From NCBI GenBank assembly GCA_044221625.1, contig JBGAOU010000016.1:12709-76708 (forward strand): 64,000 nt of DNA. The letters are read 5' to 3'. Source of the stretch: Pyrinomonadaceae bacterium (GTDB lineage: Bacteria; Acidobacteriota; Blastocatellia; Pyrinomonadales; Pyrinomonadaceae). Below are positions 9,281 through 19,797 of this stretch, one piece after another. How positions within the stretch are numbered: the first letter of the stretch is position 1; each line of letters begins with the position of its first letter. Made by a program: the position numbers and the translations under genes. Below the pieces are notes generated by a model. It searched no databases. It had not been told where the DNA came from and saw nothing but the letters and a program-made list of their open reading frames with translations.

Positions 9281-9938
9281 TGCGATAGTTTTGGTTTCGG
9301 GCGGTATGGACAGCTGTGTAACGGCGGCCATCGCTCGTGCTGAAAATCAGGATCTTGCATTTCTCCACATCTCATACGGCCAGCGGACCGAGGCTCGTGA
9401 AAGAAAAGCGTTCAATGACATCGCAGGTCATTACGGCATCGAACGTCGAATGGACGTTTCGATCGAGTATCTCGCAAAGATCGGCGGTTCGTCGCTGACA
9501 GATGTGAGTATGGAGGTCACCGATGCCGATCTTGGATCGAGAGAGGTGCCGACCAGCTATGTGCCTTTTCGAAACGCAAATATGCTGTCGATCGCAGTGA
9601 GTTGGGCGGAGGTTATTGGAGCCGGCTCGATCTATATTGGAGCAGTTGCCGAGGATTCGAACGGCTATCCGGACTGTCGGCCTGAGTTCTACGCGGCGTT
9701 TCAACAAGCGATAAACGCCGGCACAAAACCTGACACCCAAATTGAGATCCGCACGCCGATCATTGATCTATCAAAGGCCGAGATAGTCAGTAAGGGAGTG
9801 GATCTGGGCGCGCCGCTGCACATGACGTGGTCATGTTACCGGGCAGAACGCCTGGCATGTGGAACGTGTGACTCGTGTGCTTTGCGGTTGCGAGGGTTCC
9901 TACAAGCCGGCGTTACTGATCCGATCGCATATCTCTAA
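9270..9938 (+). CDS. queC: 7-cyano-7-deazaguanine synthase
   Basis: PP-loop LVSGGMDS and the C-terminal zinc motif CGTCDSCALR. It overlaps queE by 11 nt. Confidence 0.9.
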   Translation: MVSSAIVLVSGGMDSCVTAAIARAENQDLAFLHISYGQRTEARERKAFNDIAGHYGIERRMDVSIEYLAKIGGSSLTDVSMEVTDADLGSREVPTSYVPFRNANMLSIAVSWAEVIGAGSIYIGAVAEDSNGYPDCRPEFYAAFQQAINAGTKPDTQIEIRTPIIDLSKAEIVSKGVDLGAPLHMTWSCYRAERLACGTCDSCALRLRGFLQAGVTDPIAYL

Positions 9939-9947
9939 CGGATCGAG

Positions 9948-10649
9948 CTAGTTGGACGAGCTATCGCCAGAGCCCTCAAATTCGGCCTTTTTCGCCTCTA
10001 GTATCGCGATCTGATCTTTTAGTTTGGCGATCTCGGCATCGATCTTTGCCGCGTTTGTTTCGCCGGTGCTCAGTTTGTGAAAGACCGGCGTGACTACCGT
10101 GATCGACGCAATAATTATCGACAGGACCCCGATCGTTCTAGAAACAACGTCGCTGTCACCTTCGGGTTCGAACCACAGTATCCATAGCAAAATACCGTCG
10201 AGCACGATCGATGCCGCAAAGGCTAGGTTTCGCGACCAAATGAATTTGCGGTCGAGATCCGCCAGCGAAATGAGACTCAAAAGCCCACATGTTGCGGCCA
10301 GCATGGTCGCCGTAACGGTGACCTTCGCGTATACATCGCCAGTCCGTTCGTGAAACCAGATCACTCCGATGACCATTATCCCGGCTATGATCGAAAAGGC
10401 GATCCCGGCAAATGGCAATTGTCTGGCTCCTTTCGCCTCAAAATATGCTCCGCACGCTAATCCCAGGATGCTTGTGCATGTGATGGTGAATGTCGTCGCA
10501 AGAACTTTTGACTCAAACTCGCCGAATTCGCCAAAAAGCAAAACGCTGATGCCGATCAGGGCGCAGGTTGCGACCGACGCTATCAATATGTAAAGAAAGA
10601 ATTTTCGAAGATCCATTTTTACGTCCTCCGCGTGATGCGCCATTTTCAA
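9948..10649 (-). CDS. 6-TM membrane protein with C-terminal coiled coil
   Basis: Hydrophobic helices followed by AAKIDAEIAKLKDQIAILEAKKAEFE. No family recognised. Confidence 0.5.
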   Translation of the reverse strand: MKMAHHAEDVKMDLRKFFLYILIASVATCALIGISVLLFGEFGEFESKVLATTFTITCTSILGLACGAYFEAKGARQLPFAGIAFSIIAGIMVIGVIWFHERTGDVYAKVTVTATMLAATCGLLSLISLADLDRKFIWSRNLAFAASIVLDGILLWILWFEPEGDSDVVSRTIGVLSIIIASITVVTPVFHKLSTGETNAAKIDAEIAKLKDQIAILEAKKAEFEGSGDSSSN

Positions 10650-10671
10650 GCCAAATATAAGTCGCGTTCAA

Positions 10672-11940
10672 CTAAATAGCAAAGCGTTCGCGGTCCAACG
10701 AGAGTCCGGCGATGTCACCGAGTGCCGCGAATGCGACCTGATCTGTCGTAAATGATGAGGCGATAAGGGCATTTATCTCGTCGGATGTAACGGCGTTGAT
10801 CTTTGCGATGGCCTCGTCAACCGCGATCTGTCGGCCGTGAAGCATCTCAGATTGGGCAAGTGTCGCCGCTCGGGCCGCCGAATCTTCCAAACCGAGCAGT
10901 ATCGAGGAGACGGTCTGTTGTTTGGCAAGGTCAAGTTCGCCGGCAGTGATGCCGCGGTTCACAACGTCCCGCATCTCGGCAACCGCCAGATCGACGACCT
11001 CGCCCACCTGACCCGGCGAAGTGCCGGCAAAGATCGAAAACATACCGCAATCGTGATACATCACGGCAGACGCTCCGACGCTGTACGCCAGCCCGCGTTC
11101 CTCGCGGATCTTTTGCCACAAACGGCTCGACGTGCCGCCGCCAATGACGTTTGCAAGCAGGTCGGCAGCATAACGGCGATCATCGCGTGCCGAAACCAAC
11201 GGCGTTGCCAAGATCAAATGAACCTGTTCGAGATTGGCATTATGTCTCAGAAGGATCGGGGCAGCTATTTTCGGCGACGTCGTGACCTGAGCAGAAACCG
11301 TGGCCGGCGAGGAAGCGAAGGCTCTTCGAGCCATATCTACTAATTGGCCGTGTTCGAGATTTCCGGCGGCAGCAATGACAAGATTCGAAGGCGTAAATGC
11401 CGCATTGTGATATTCCCGTGTTCTCTCGGGGTCAAATCTTCTAACCGATTCGGGTGTGCCGGCGATAGACATCCCGAGGGGATGGCCGGGAAAGTATGCT
11501 TCGCTGAAGATCTCACCCAAAAACTCCTCGGGCGAATCCTCGACCATCTTCATTTCTTCGATTATCACCCGCTGTTCGCTCTCCAGGTCAGCGGCGTCAA
11601 ATCTGGGTGCTGTCAGCATATCAGCGATCAGGTCGAAGGCCTGAGGCAACTGGTCGTCGATGACCTTGATCGCAAAGCCGGTCTCCTCGTGTGTCGTAAA
11701 CGCATCGAGATTACCGCCGAGGCGATCCTGTTCAATTGCGATGTCGAGAGCGCTTCGTTTCGCTGTGCCCTTAAAGACAGTATGTTCGATAAAATGCGAA
11801 ATGCCGTTCAGCTCGACCGGTTCGTGCCGCGACCCGACCCGGAAAAAGAACCCAAGCGTCGCCGAGCGCACGCCCGGCATCCCGTCCGTAAGTATCGTCA
11901 GGCCGTTATCAAATCGTGTTTCTGTGATGTTTTCTTTCAC
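10672..11940 (-). CDS. M16 family zinc peptidase (pitrilysin-like)
   Basis: HFIEHTVFKGT is the inverted zincin motif HxxEH. 422 aa, typical M16 size. Confidence 0.85.
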   Translation of the reverse strand: MKENITETRFDNGLTILTDGMPGVRSATLGFFFRVGSRHEPVELNGISHFIEHTVFKGTAKRSALDIAIEQDRLGGNLDAFTTHEETGFAIKVIDDQLPQAFDLIADMLTAPRFDAADLESEQRVIIEEMKMVEDSPEEFLGEIFSEAYFPGHPLGMSIAGTPESVRRFDPERTREYHNAAFTPSNLVIAAAGNLEHGQLVDMARRAFASSPATVSAQVTTSPKIAAPILLRHNANLEQVHLILATPLVSARDDRRYAADLLANVIGGGTSSRLWQKIREERGLAYSVGASAVMYHDCGMFSIFAGTSPGQVGEVVDLAVAEMRDVVNRGITAGELDLAKQQTVSSILLGLEDSAARAATLAQSEMLHGRQIAVDEAIAKINAVTSDEINALIASSFTTDQVAFAALGDIAGLSLDRERFAI

Positions 11941-11954
11941 TTAAGAATATGTAA

Positions 11955-12030
11955 CCACAGATGAATACAGATAAACACCGCCTGGGAATCAATTAATCTC
12001 TTATCAGTGTCTATCTGCATTTATCTGTGG
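11955..12030. repeat. 24-bp imperfect inverted repeat (long hairpin) between M14 and M16 peptidase genes
   Basis: CCACAGATGAATACAGATAAACAC (11955-11978) pairs with GTGTCTATCTGCATTTATCTGTGG (12007-12030). 21/24 positions are complementary, with a 28-nt loop. Confidence 0.6.
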
Positions 12031-12043
12031 TAAAAACTGCGTC

Positions 12044-14494
12044 TCACTGACTTATCGCATTGAAAAGCAGCGGAAAGGTGGCAAGGCTTTGGCCGCGGTA
12101 TTGGGGGCGAAAGCCGAATAGGATGATCTTGCCCTTGCCCATTCTAACCTCGACCAACGCGGCCTTGCCGGCGATCTTTTCCGCTCCGAGTGCCCAACCG
12201 GAGAGCAGGATATTTTTCGGGTCGGACGGATAGCGGGCGATGACGCGGATGCCAGAACCGCCTGCATTAGCGGGCGGCGAGTTCGGGCCGGCAGACTGGC
12301 CGCCCCCTGACGGAGGCGGTTCCGACAACTCAAACGCTGGACCATTCTCGAACCACGCGATCGACTGCGCGGGCATTCCCTTGGCGATGGGATGCGTCGT
12401 ATCCAGTTCGGTGCGGAGGATCGCGCCGGGGATGTAGAAATCTTTGCGGGTTAAGCCCTTTGTTACGTCGCGGACGGGTAAGATAAATTGCTCGATGGCA
12501 AACTGTGATGAGCGGTTCATAAAGACGAGCGTCCCGCCGGCCTCGACAAACTTCTTCAGATTCTCAACGCCTTCTTTACCAACGCCGCCCGTGTATTCGT
12601 CCGGCATCGAGCCTTTTGCATAGCCGTTTAGGATCTGCGCGGCGGGTTGGTCGGGGAAGACAATCGTTCTATATTTTGGGTCTAATTTCTTCTCAGCAAT
12701 TAGTTTTGGAGCCATACCTCCAAAAGGAGGCTTCTTTGGGTCGAAGTTGCCCGCACGAATCTCTCCGTTGCCCACAGACTCGTTTTCGGTGCATGGTTTG
12801 AATATCCACCGTGTCCAACCTTCGTCCATGGATGGTATTGAGGATTTGTAAAGGCCTATTTTATTTTGCCACCCGAGCAAACAATCACCACGACCGATTA
12901 AAACCTTTGCCTTTTTTAGAGATTGTAAGTTCTTGTTTGAGTAGATTGGACTCACCGAAATATCAAACAGCAGTGGCAAAGTATGGGCGGTCACGTCGTA
13001 AGGTTGAATCGGATTCCCGGTTTCATCGAGTAGATGGGGATATTCTTGAGCCTCTATCAAAGCTTTGGCAAAAGCTCCATAAGGTTGATCTAGCCCAACA
13101 AGTACGGTCTGCGACGGGTATGTTCCATCTCCAGCTTTAGTAGTTTTTTGATTCGCCTCAAAACCGTACTGAACATCACCGCGTTCGAGTATGTTCAAGA
13201 GTGGCTCTGGATCACCCTCAAGTTTGATGCGATAGCCTAAAAGCTCGCCCTCTTTTCTCGGCCGCACCGCTTCTTTGCCGATATCGTAAAACCTCGACAG
13301 CCATTTCTCACGGTTATCGGCTGCGTGAGTCATTAAACTGAACGCGGCGGTGGTCATGGTGTCGGTGATGTTGCGGAGTTTCCATTCGCCGCCTTTCCAC
13401 ACCGGGCCGAAGTTTTCAGTTTCTTTACGGACGTCGTAGCCCTCGCCGCTGCGGAGCTGGTCGTAGGTGACGTTGATCGGCGTCGCGAGGCGTGCGGAGG
13501 CGGTCTCACTTAGGATCCGTACGCCGCCGTGATAGTGCGAATACGCACGCGCGGGCGTCCATGCGTCGTAGGTCGAGTTGGTCGTGATGCCCTGATACCC
13601 GAGGCCACGCATCTTAGTCGCCATGTAATTTCCGAGCTCGGTGTAGCCCTCAACGATCTGCTTCGGCACGTTTGGTTCGACGGGCTGCATGTACGGGGGC
13701 AGGAAAAGCCGGGAACCATAAGCCCCTTGTTGATGAATGTCGTGGACGATCTGCGGGTGCCAGACGTTGTGGATCTTGTCGACCGTCAACTGTGTCTCGA
13801 CCTGCGTGAACGCGTACCAGTCGCGGTTGTTATCGTGGCCGACGTATCTGTGATAGAGCTCCGGCGGATCGGTGCCTTCGTATGGCGTGCCGAGCGTCTT
13901 GTCGTACCATTTCTTAACAATATCGACGCCGTCCGGGTTGAGACTCGGCACGAGCAGGATGATAGTGTTGTCGAGGATCTTCTTGATATCGGCGTCGTTG
14001 CTCGATGCCAGCCGCTCCGCGATCAGCATCGACGACAGCGTCGAGCCGACCTCGGTCGAGTGCACTCCGCAGGTGATGAGGACGATGGTTTTGCCATCCT
14101 CGATCAAACGCTCGGCAAATTTGGCTCTGCTCTTGAATGTCCGCGGGTCCGCTAGTTGGGCATTTATCTTCTTATATTTTTCGAGATCCTTGAGATTTGC
14201 GGGCGAGCTGATCGTTGCGTAAACAAACGGTGCTCCCATTGTCGTCTTGCCGATCTCCTCGAACACAACACGGTCGCTGGCCGCGTCGAGCTTCTTAAAG
14301 TAATCGACCATGCTAGCCCAGCTGGCCAGCTTTCGGTCGTCACCCGGCGTAAAGCCGATGACTTCCTTTGGAGCGGGAATGCTCTGGGCCGCCGCTGCCG
14401 CCGCAAAGGAAAGAACGAGAGCGGCGATCAAGACGAGATACGACACAGGCCGTTCAGCTCGGCCCGTAATGGTCACAAAGCGGTCATTTTTCAT
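12044..14494 (-). CDS. M14 family metallocarboxypeptidase-like protein, 816 aa, secreted
   Basis: HSTE (HxxE zinc site) in CGVHSTEVGS, plus GHDNNRDW. N-terminal hydrophobic signal anchor. The long C-terminal extension resembles a GATase1/ThuA-like domain. Confidence 0.8.
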   Translation of the reverse strand: MKNDRFVTITGRAERPVSYLVLIAALVLSFAAAAAAQSIPAPKEVIGFTPGDDRKLASWASMVDYFKKLDAASDRVVFEEIGKTTMGAPFVYATISSPANLKDLEKYKKINAQLADPRTFKSRAKFAERLIEDGKTIVLITCGVHSTEVGSTLSSMLIAERLASSNDADIKKILDNTIILLVPSLNPDGVDIVKKWYDKTLGTPYEGTDPPELYHRYVGHDNNRDWYAFTQVETQLTVDKIHNVWHPQIVHDIHQQGAYGSRLFLPPYMQPVEPNVPKQIVEGYTELGNYMATKMRGLGYQGITTNSTYDAWTPARAYSHYHGGVRILSETASARLATPINVTYDQLRSGEGYDVRKETENFGPVWKGGEWKLRNITDTMTTAAFSLMTHAADNREKWLSRFYDIGKEAVRPRKEGELLGYRIKLEGDPEPLLNILERGDVQYGFEANQKTTKAGDGTYPSQTVLVGLDQPYGAFAKALIEAQEYPHLLDETGNPIQPYDVTAHTLPLLFDISVSPIYSNKNLQSLKKAKVLIGRGDCLLGWQNKIGLYKSSIPSMDEGWTRWIFKPCTENESVGNGEIRAGNFDPKKPPFGGMAPKLIAEKKLDPKYRTIVFPDQPAAQILNGYAKGSMPDEYTGGVGKEGVENLKKFVEAGGTLVFMNRSSQFAIEQFILPVRDVTKGLTRKDFYIPGAILRTELDTTHPIAKGMPAQSIAWFENGPAFELSEPPPSGGGQSAGPNSPPANAGGSGIRVIARYPSDPKNILLSGWALGAEKIAGKAALVEVRMGKGKIILFGFRPQYRGQSLATFPLLFNAISQ

Positions 14495-14642
14495 ATGGCA
14501 AAGTCGATTCCAGTACTTCGGCTAGTTTAGGTCATTTATCTCTGATAGCTAAACGCCTCAGTGTGACGCATGACACATATTGCCACCAGATCGAAGGTGT
14601 AACATCAGGTACAGGACGCATTTTCTATGGATTTCGACGGAT

Positions 14643-17180
14643 ATGAAATTTAGCGAAAAATTGCCGACTGAATACTGGGAACTGGCCGCGGCGGACCTGA
14701 TGAAAGCTCTCGGTTCGTCAGCCGAAGGCCTAACCCGCCATGAAGCCAGAGCCCGCCTCTCGGCAGCGGGCCCCAATCTGCTCGAGATCCGACGCGACGA
14801 GACAGCGGTCAGATTACTTATAAAACAATTCACCAGTCCGCTTGTCCTGATCCTGATCTTCGCCGTGGCCGTGTCGGTTTTTGTCGGCGAATGGACCGAT
14901 GCAGCCGTTATCTCTGCAATTGTGATGGGCAGCGGGATCATCTCGTTCGTCCAGGAATATTCTGCCGGCAACGCGGTCGCCAAACTGCGTGCCCGACTGC
15001 GTCACCGCGTCACTGCCGTTCGCGAGGCGACAGCAAAACAGGTCGACGCCGAGAGCATCGTGCCGGGCGACATTGTTTTATTATCGGCCGGAAGCCTGAT
15101 ACCTGCCGATGGGGTGGTGATAGAGGCCAACGATTGCTTTGTAAATCAGGCGGTCCTCACGGGCGAGACATTTCCGGTCGAGAAGAATACAGGCCCTTCG
15201 CCGCGCGACGCCGTACTTGCGGCAAGGACAAACTGCGTCTTTATGGGCACGTCGGTTCGCAGTGGTTTCGCCAAGGTTTTGATCACCCAGACCGCAAGGG
15301 CGACCGAGTACGGCAAGATCGCGGACCAGCTGAGCCTGCGGCCGCCGGAGACTGAATTTCAGCGTGGCATACACAAGTTCGGCTTGATGCTGAGCCGGAT
15401 AATGATCATGCTCGTGCTGGTCGTATTTGCCGTAAATGTCGTGATGGAGCGGCCTGCTGTTGAGGCCCTGCTCTTTGCGATCGCACTTGCCGTAGGGATT
15501 TCGCCGGAGCTGTTGCCGGCGATCATTACGATAAATCTCTCAAAAGGTGCCCGCGAAATGGCTCGCAGCGGCGTCATTGTGCGGCGGCTCGAGGCGATCG
15601 AGAATCTCGGCAGCATGGACATCCTTTGTACTGACAAGACCGGAACTCTGACCGAAGGCGTTGTCCGACTGGACGCTGCTCTCGACACTGCCGGGAAAAA
15701 TTCGGATGCGGTTTATCGGCTCGCCTACCTAAATGCACATTATCAATCCGGCATACCAAATCCTCTCGACGTGGCCATAACATCTGGCCGCCCTGTCGAT
15801 CTTGCCGGCACAAAAAAGGCCGGCGAAGTGCCTTATGATTTCACGCGAAAGCGTTTGAGCGTACTCGTCAGTGACGCTAGAGGATCGCGTTTGATCACGA
15901 AAGGGGCTCTCGATAATGTGCTGGATGTTTGTTCCGCCATACGCAGCGAAGCAGGGGTGATACCGTTGACCGACGAGGCGCGTAACGAGATCACCGATCG
16001 GTTTGAGGCGTGGAGCGAGGACGGATTCAGGGTTCTGGGCGTTGCTGCGAAAGAAATGGGTCAGGCGACTGTTGTTTCTCGCCGAGATGAAAGCGATATG
16101 ACCCTGGAGGGGTTTTTGCTTTTTCTCGATCCGCCGAAAAAGGACGCCGGAGCCGCCATCCAAGCCCTCGCTGACCTTAGGGTCGGGCTAAAGATCATAA
16201 CCGGGGATAATCGGTATGTTGCCAGACATGTCGCCGATGCGGTTGGGATGCCCGTCGAGGGAGTGATGACCGGAGCCGAACTTGCCGGACTGGGCGACGA
16301 GGCGCTGATGCACCAGGCCGTACACACGACGCTCTTCGTTGAGGTTGATCCAAATCAGAAAGAACGTATCATCAGGGCCCTTCAGAAAATGGGCCACGTC
16401 GTCGGTTATATGGGTGACGGCATCAACGACGCCCCGGCATTGCACGATGCCGATGTCGGGATCTCGGTCGAAGGGGCCGTTGATGTCGCCAGGGAAGCCG
16501 CGGATTTCGTCCTGCTCAGGTCGGGTCTGGAAATACTCGAAAAGGGGATCAAAGAGGGCCGGATCACATTCGCAAATTCGCTAAAATACATCTTTACTAC
16601 CACAAGTGCGAATTTTGGAAATATGTTCAGCATGGCCGGTGCATCGCTCTTTCTGCCGTTCTTACCTCTGCTCGCAAAACAGATCCTGTTGAATAATTTC
16701 CTTTCCGACATTCCCGCGATAGCGATAGCCAGTGACAATGTCGACTCGGAATACATCGCTACGCCTCATCGGTGGGATGTGAGATTTATTCGCAATTTCA
16801 TGATCGTATTCGGATTTGTGAGTTCGGTATTCGATTTTATTACTTTCGGGTTGCTGCTGCTCGTCGTGCGGGCAGCCGAACCCGAATTTCAAACCGGATG
16901 GTTCATCGAATCTTTACTGACCGAACTGGTCGTTGCTCTGATAGTACGTACTCGGCGCCCGTTCTATCGAAGCAAGCCCGGCCGTTGGCTGTGGATCACG
17001 ACGCTGGCAGTTTCGGTCCTTACCATCTCGATCCCGTATTTGCCTTACACGAACGTGATGGGATTTGTTCCGCTTCCGGCGTGGGTCACGGCGTCGATCG
17101 TAGCTATAGCCTTGCTTTACGCGATCGCCACAGAGGCCGCGAAAAAGGCCTTTTACGGCAGAATGGGCACTGCCGTATAG
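14643..17180 (+). CDS. mgtA: magnesium-translocating P-type ATPase
   Basis: DKTGTLT phosphorylation motif, MGDGINDAPAL, and the MgtA-type C-terminal LFLPFLPLLAKQILLNNFLSD. ORF 14580 trimmed to ATG 14643 (MKFSEKL). Confidence 0.9.
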   Translation: MKFSEKLPTEYWELAAADLMKALGSSAEGLTRHEARARLSAAGPNLLEIRRDETAVRLLIKQFTSPLVLILIFAVAVSVFVGEWTDAAVISAIVMGSGIISFVQEYSAGNAVAKLRARLRHRVTAVREATAKQVDAESIVPGDIVLLSAGSLIPADGVVIEANDCFVNQAVLTGETFPVEKNTGPSPRDAVLAARTNCVFMGTSVRSGFAKVLITQTARATEYGKIADQLSLRPPETEFQRGIHKFGLMLSRIMIMLVLVVFAVNVVMERPAVEALLFAIALAVGISPELLPAIITINLSKGAREMARSGVIVRRLEAIENLGSMDILCTDKTGTLTEGVVRLDAALDTAGKNSDAVYRLAYLNAHYQSGIPNPLDVAITSGRPVDLAGTKKAGEVPYDFTRKRLSVLVSDARGSRLITKGALDNVLDVCSAIRSEAGVIPLTDEARNEITDRFEAWSEDGFRVLGVAAKEMGQATVVSRRDESDMTLEGFLLFLDPPKKDAGAAIQALADLRVGLKIITGDNRYVARHVADAVGMPVEGVMTGAELAGLGDEALMHQAVHTTLFVEVDPNQKERIIRALQKMGHVVGYMGDGINDAPALHDADVGISVEGAVDVAREAADFVLLRSGLEILEKGIKEGRITFANSLKYIFTTTSANFGNMFSMAGASLFLPFLPLLAKQILLNNFLSDIPAIAIASDNVDSEYIATPHRWDVRFIRNFMIVFGFVSSVFDFITFGLLLLVVRAAEPEFQTGWFIESLLTELVVALIVRTRRPFYRSKPGRWLWITTLAVSVLTISIPYLPYTNVMGFVPLPAWVTASIVAIALLYAIATEAAKKAFYGRMGTAV

Positions 17181-17348
17181 ATGGATTTAAGGTCATGTAA
17201 AATGTCCGGATCATTTGAGGGTTACTCGGCGTCGAGCATTGCGTTTTTTTGAGTGTGCCTGTAAATTTAACCCAAGTTCCAACCCTCTTCCCAAAACAGC
17301 CGTATTTTGGCGGCGTTATAAAGTTCGATTTCAAGGAGACAACCAGGG

Positions 17349-19679
17349 ATGAAAAATCCGTTTCTCGAGAATTTCAAGCCGTATATCCCCGATGCGTCAA
17401 CGCTTCGTGAACTGACGCCATTTCCGCTGATCGTCGGTACGTTGCTCGGTATTATTTTTGGAGCGTCATCGCTGTATCTTGTGCTCAAGACCGGACTGAC
17501 GGTCTCAGCCTCGATACCCGTCGCGGTTATCGCGATCACGTTGTTCAGGCTCCTTTCAAAGATCGGGATGCGGGATGCGACCATCCTCGAATCCAACGTG
17601 ATGCAGACCGCGGGCAGTGCCGGCGAATCTATCGCGTTCGGTGTCGGCGTCACAATGCCGGCGATCATGATCCTTGGATTCGATCTCGACTTTACCCGGG
17701 TTATGCTCGTCGCCGTTATGGGCGGCCTGCTGGGCATCCTGATGATGATCCCGCTCAGGCGTGCGCTGATACGCGACCAGCACGGCTATCTGAAATATCC
17801 TGAGGGCACCGCCTGCGCCGAGGTCCTCAAGGCCGGTGCGTCAAAAGAATCGCGTGACGCCTCACATGAGGCCGGGGCTGACGGCGACGACGACGCTGCT
17901 CTACGGGGCGGCAAGATCATTGCGATCGGGTTTGCGATGGGCTTTATTTTCAATGCACTGATGAAGGTGCTGTTCTTTTGGAAAGAGTCGCCCGGCTATG
18001 ATTTTTCGAATAAGGGGTTCAAAGGCGGGTCTATCAACTCCGATAATGATCCGACACTGCTTGGCGTCGGCTACATTATTGGCCCTAAGATCGCGGGTCT
18101 GATGATGGGCGGCGGTGTACTTTCGTACCTCGTTCTGATCCCGATGATCAAATTCTTCGGCGACTCGCTGACCTCGCCGGTCGCCCCGGAACTCAGCAAG
18201 ACCATTGCCGAAATGTCGCCGTCAGGTGTGCGAAGCGCCTATGTTCTTTACATCGGTGCAGGTGCCGTTGCGATGGCAGGTATCATTTCGCTAGTGCGGA
18301 GCCTGCCGACGATCTGGCACGGACTCAAGGGCGGCCTCGCTGACCTCCGCGGCGGATCAAGCGAAGCAAACGGCAAACTGCCGAGGACCGATCAGGACCT
18401 GTCGATGAAATGGGTCGTCGTCGGTGTAGTGCTGCTGATCGCCGGCATAATGCTGTTCCCGCAATTGGGACTGAGCATCTTTCAGCATCCGTTCGTGTCG
18501 TTCTTTGGCGCGGTGCTGATCATTATTCTCGGATTCCTTTTTGTTACTGTTTCGTCCCGGTTGACCGGTGAAGTGGGTTCCTCGTCGAATCCGATCTCGG
18601 GTATGACCGTGGCAACGTTGCTGATCACATGTCTGGTCTTCCTCGGGCTCGGCTGGACCGCTGCCGATCCTTATTTTGTGACGGCTCTGTCGATCGGCGG
18701 TATTGTTTGCATCGCCGCCTCTAACGGCGGGACCACATCGCAGGATCTCAAGACAGGATTTTGGGTTGGCGGCACGCCGCGTAACCAGCAGATCGCGATC
18801 CTGGTCGGAGCTCTTGCTTCGGCACTCGTACTCGGATCACTGCTGATCTTTCTTAATAGCTCGAGAACCTATTATCAAAAGGTCGACCCGGCTTCGCCCG
18901 AAGCAAAAGTGATCGTGCCGAAAGAGAAGTTCTTTACCGAGGGCGGAAAGGCCAAGGTCGAAAAGGCCGGCGGTAAGTTCAAAGATACCGATGCGGCTGA
19001 ATACCACGTATGGCAGAACACCGAGCCGAAAGACGGCCAGATCGGCAAATATCTGATCGACGCGTCAGGCAAACCGGTCTACTTTGTCGATCCAGGTATC
19101 AATGGCATCCTCAAAAAGGATGACGAAGGAAAAGATCTCGAGCGGTTCGACGCTCCGAAGGCGACGCTGATGAGCTATATCATCAAGGGCGTGCTCGGAC
19201 AGAATCTGCCATGGGGATTGGTTATCCTCGGCGCAATGATCGCCGTCGTGCTTGAGCTTGCCGGCGTGCCGTCGCTTGCCTTTGCGGTCGGCATCTACCT
19301 GCCTATTTCGACCTCGACGCCGATCTTTATTGGCGGCATCGTTCGTTATCTGGTAGACATCTATCTGAAACGTAAACTCGCTAAGCAAAACCTGACGGAA
19401 GATCAGATACTTGCCGAAACCGACAAATCGAACGGCGTTCTGCTTGCCTCGGGCTACATCGCGGGTGGTGCCATTGCCGGTATTCTCATCGCGGTCTTTG
19501 CCGTGATCGAGAGCCTGAAACTTTTCCAGGATGGAATGGAAAAATGGTCGCACGGCGGCAATCCATTTTATGAAGGAGCAGCTTCCGATATCCTTGGGCT
19601 CTTGCCCTTCCTTGGATTGGCGATCGTTTTGTATTTCGTTGGCCGCGAATGGCTGCTTGCCGGTAAGAAGAGCAGTTAG
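17349..19679 (+). CDS. OPT-family oligopeptide transporter
   Basis: 776 aa, polytopic. The N-terminal RELTPFPLIVGTLLGIIFGASSLYLVLKTGLTVSASIP is typical of bacterial OPT proteins. Called from memory of the family. Confidence 0.75.
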   Translation: MKNPFLENFKPYIPDASTLRELTPFPLIVGTLLGIIFGASSLYLVLKTGLTVSASIPVAVIAITLFRLLSKIGMRDATILESNVMQTAGSAGESIAFGVGVTMPAIMILGFDLDFTRVMLVAVMGGLLGILMMIPLRRALIRDQHGYLKYPEGTACAEVLKAGASKESRDASHEAGADGDDDAALRGGKIIAIGFAMGFIFNALMKVLFFWKESPGYDFSNKGFKGGSINSDNDPTLLGVGYIIGPKIAGLMMGGGVLSYLVLIPMIKFFGDSLTSPVAPELSKTIAEMSPSGVRSAYVLYIGAGAVAMAGIISLVRSLPTIWHGLKGGLADLRGGSSEANGKLPRTDQDLSMKWVVVGVVLLIAGIMLFPQLGLSIFQHPFVSFFGAVLIIILGFLFVTVSSRLTGEVGSSSNPISGMTVATLLITCLVFLGLGWTAADPYFVTALSIGGIVCIAASNGGTTSQDLKTGFWVGGTPRNQQIAILVGALASALVLGSLLIFLNSSRTYYQKVDPASPEAKVIVPKEKFFTEGGKAKVEKAGGKFKDTDAAEYHVWQNTEPKDGQIGKYLIDASGKPVYFVDPGINGILKKDDEGKDLERFDAPKATLMSYIIKGVLGQNLPWGLVILGAMIAVVLELAGVPSLAFAVGIYLPISTSTPIFIGGIVRYLVDIYLKRKLAKQNLTEDQILAETDKSNGVLLASGYIAGGAIAGILIAVFAVIESLKLFQDGMEKWSHGGNPFYEGAASDILGLLPFLGLAIVLYFVGREWLLAGKKSS

Positions 19680-19709
19680 TTGGCCTGAAGATGTTTTACG
19701 TTTTTGAAC

Positions 19710-19742
19710 GCGACACGCTATAATTTTAGCGTGTCGCTTTTT
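19710..19742 (+). terminator. rho-independent terminator after OPT gene
   Basis: GCGACACGC - 10-nt loop - GCGTGTCGC followed by TTTTT. Confidence 0.8.
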
Positions 19743-19797
19743 CATTGATCGTTTTTCGATCCGACGCAAGTATCTCGGCAACATCAACTAATTCATT

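Noticed and set aside
14495-14642. Possible Mg2+ (M-box) riboswitch in the mgtA leader
   Set aside because: I found only one short bulged hairpin (GGCTAGTTTAG...CTAAACGCC). I could not recognise the multi-helix M-box core by eye, and the 148-nt leader is short. A covariance-model scan is needed before any claim.
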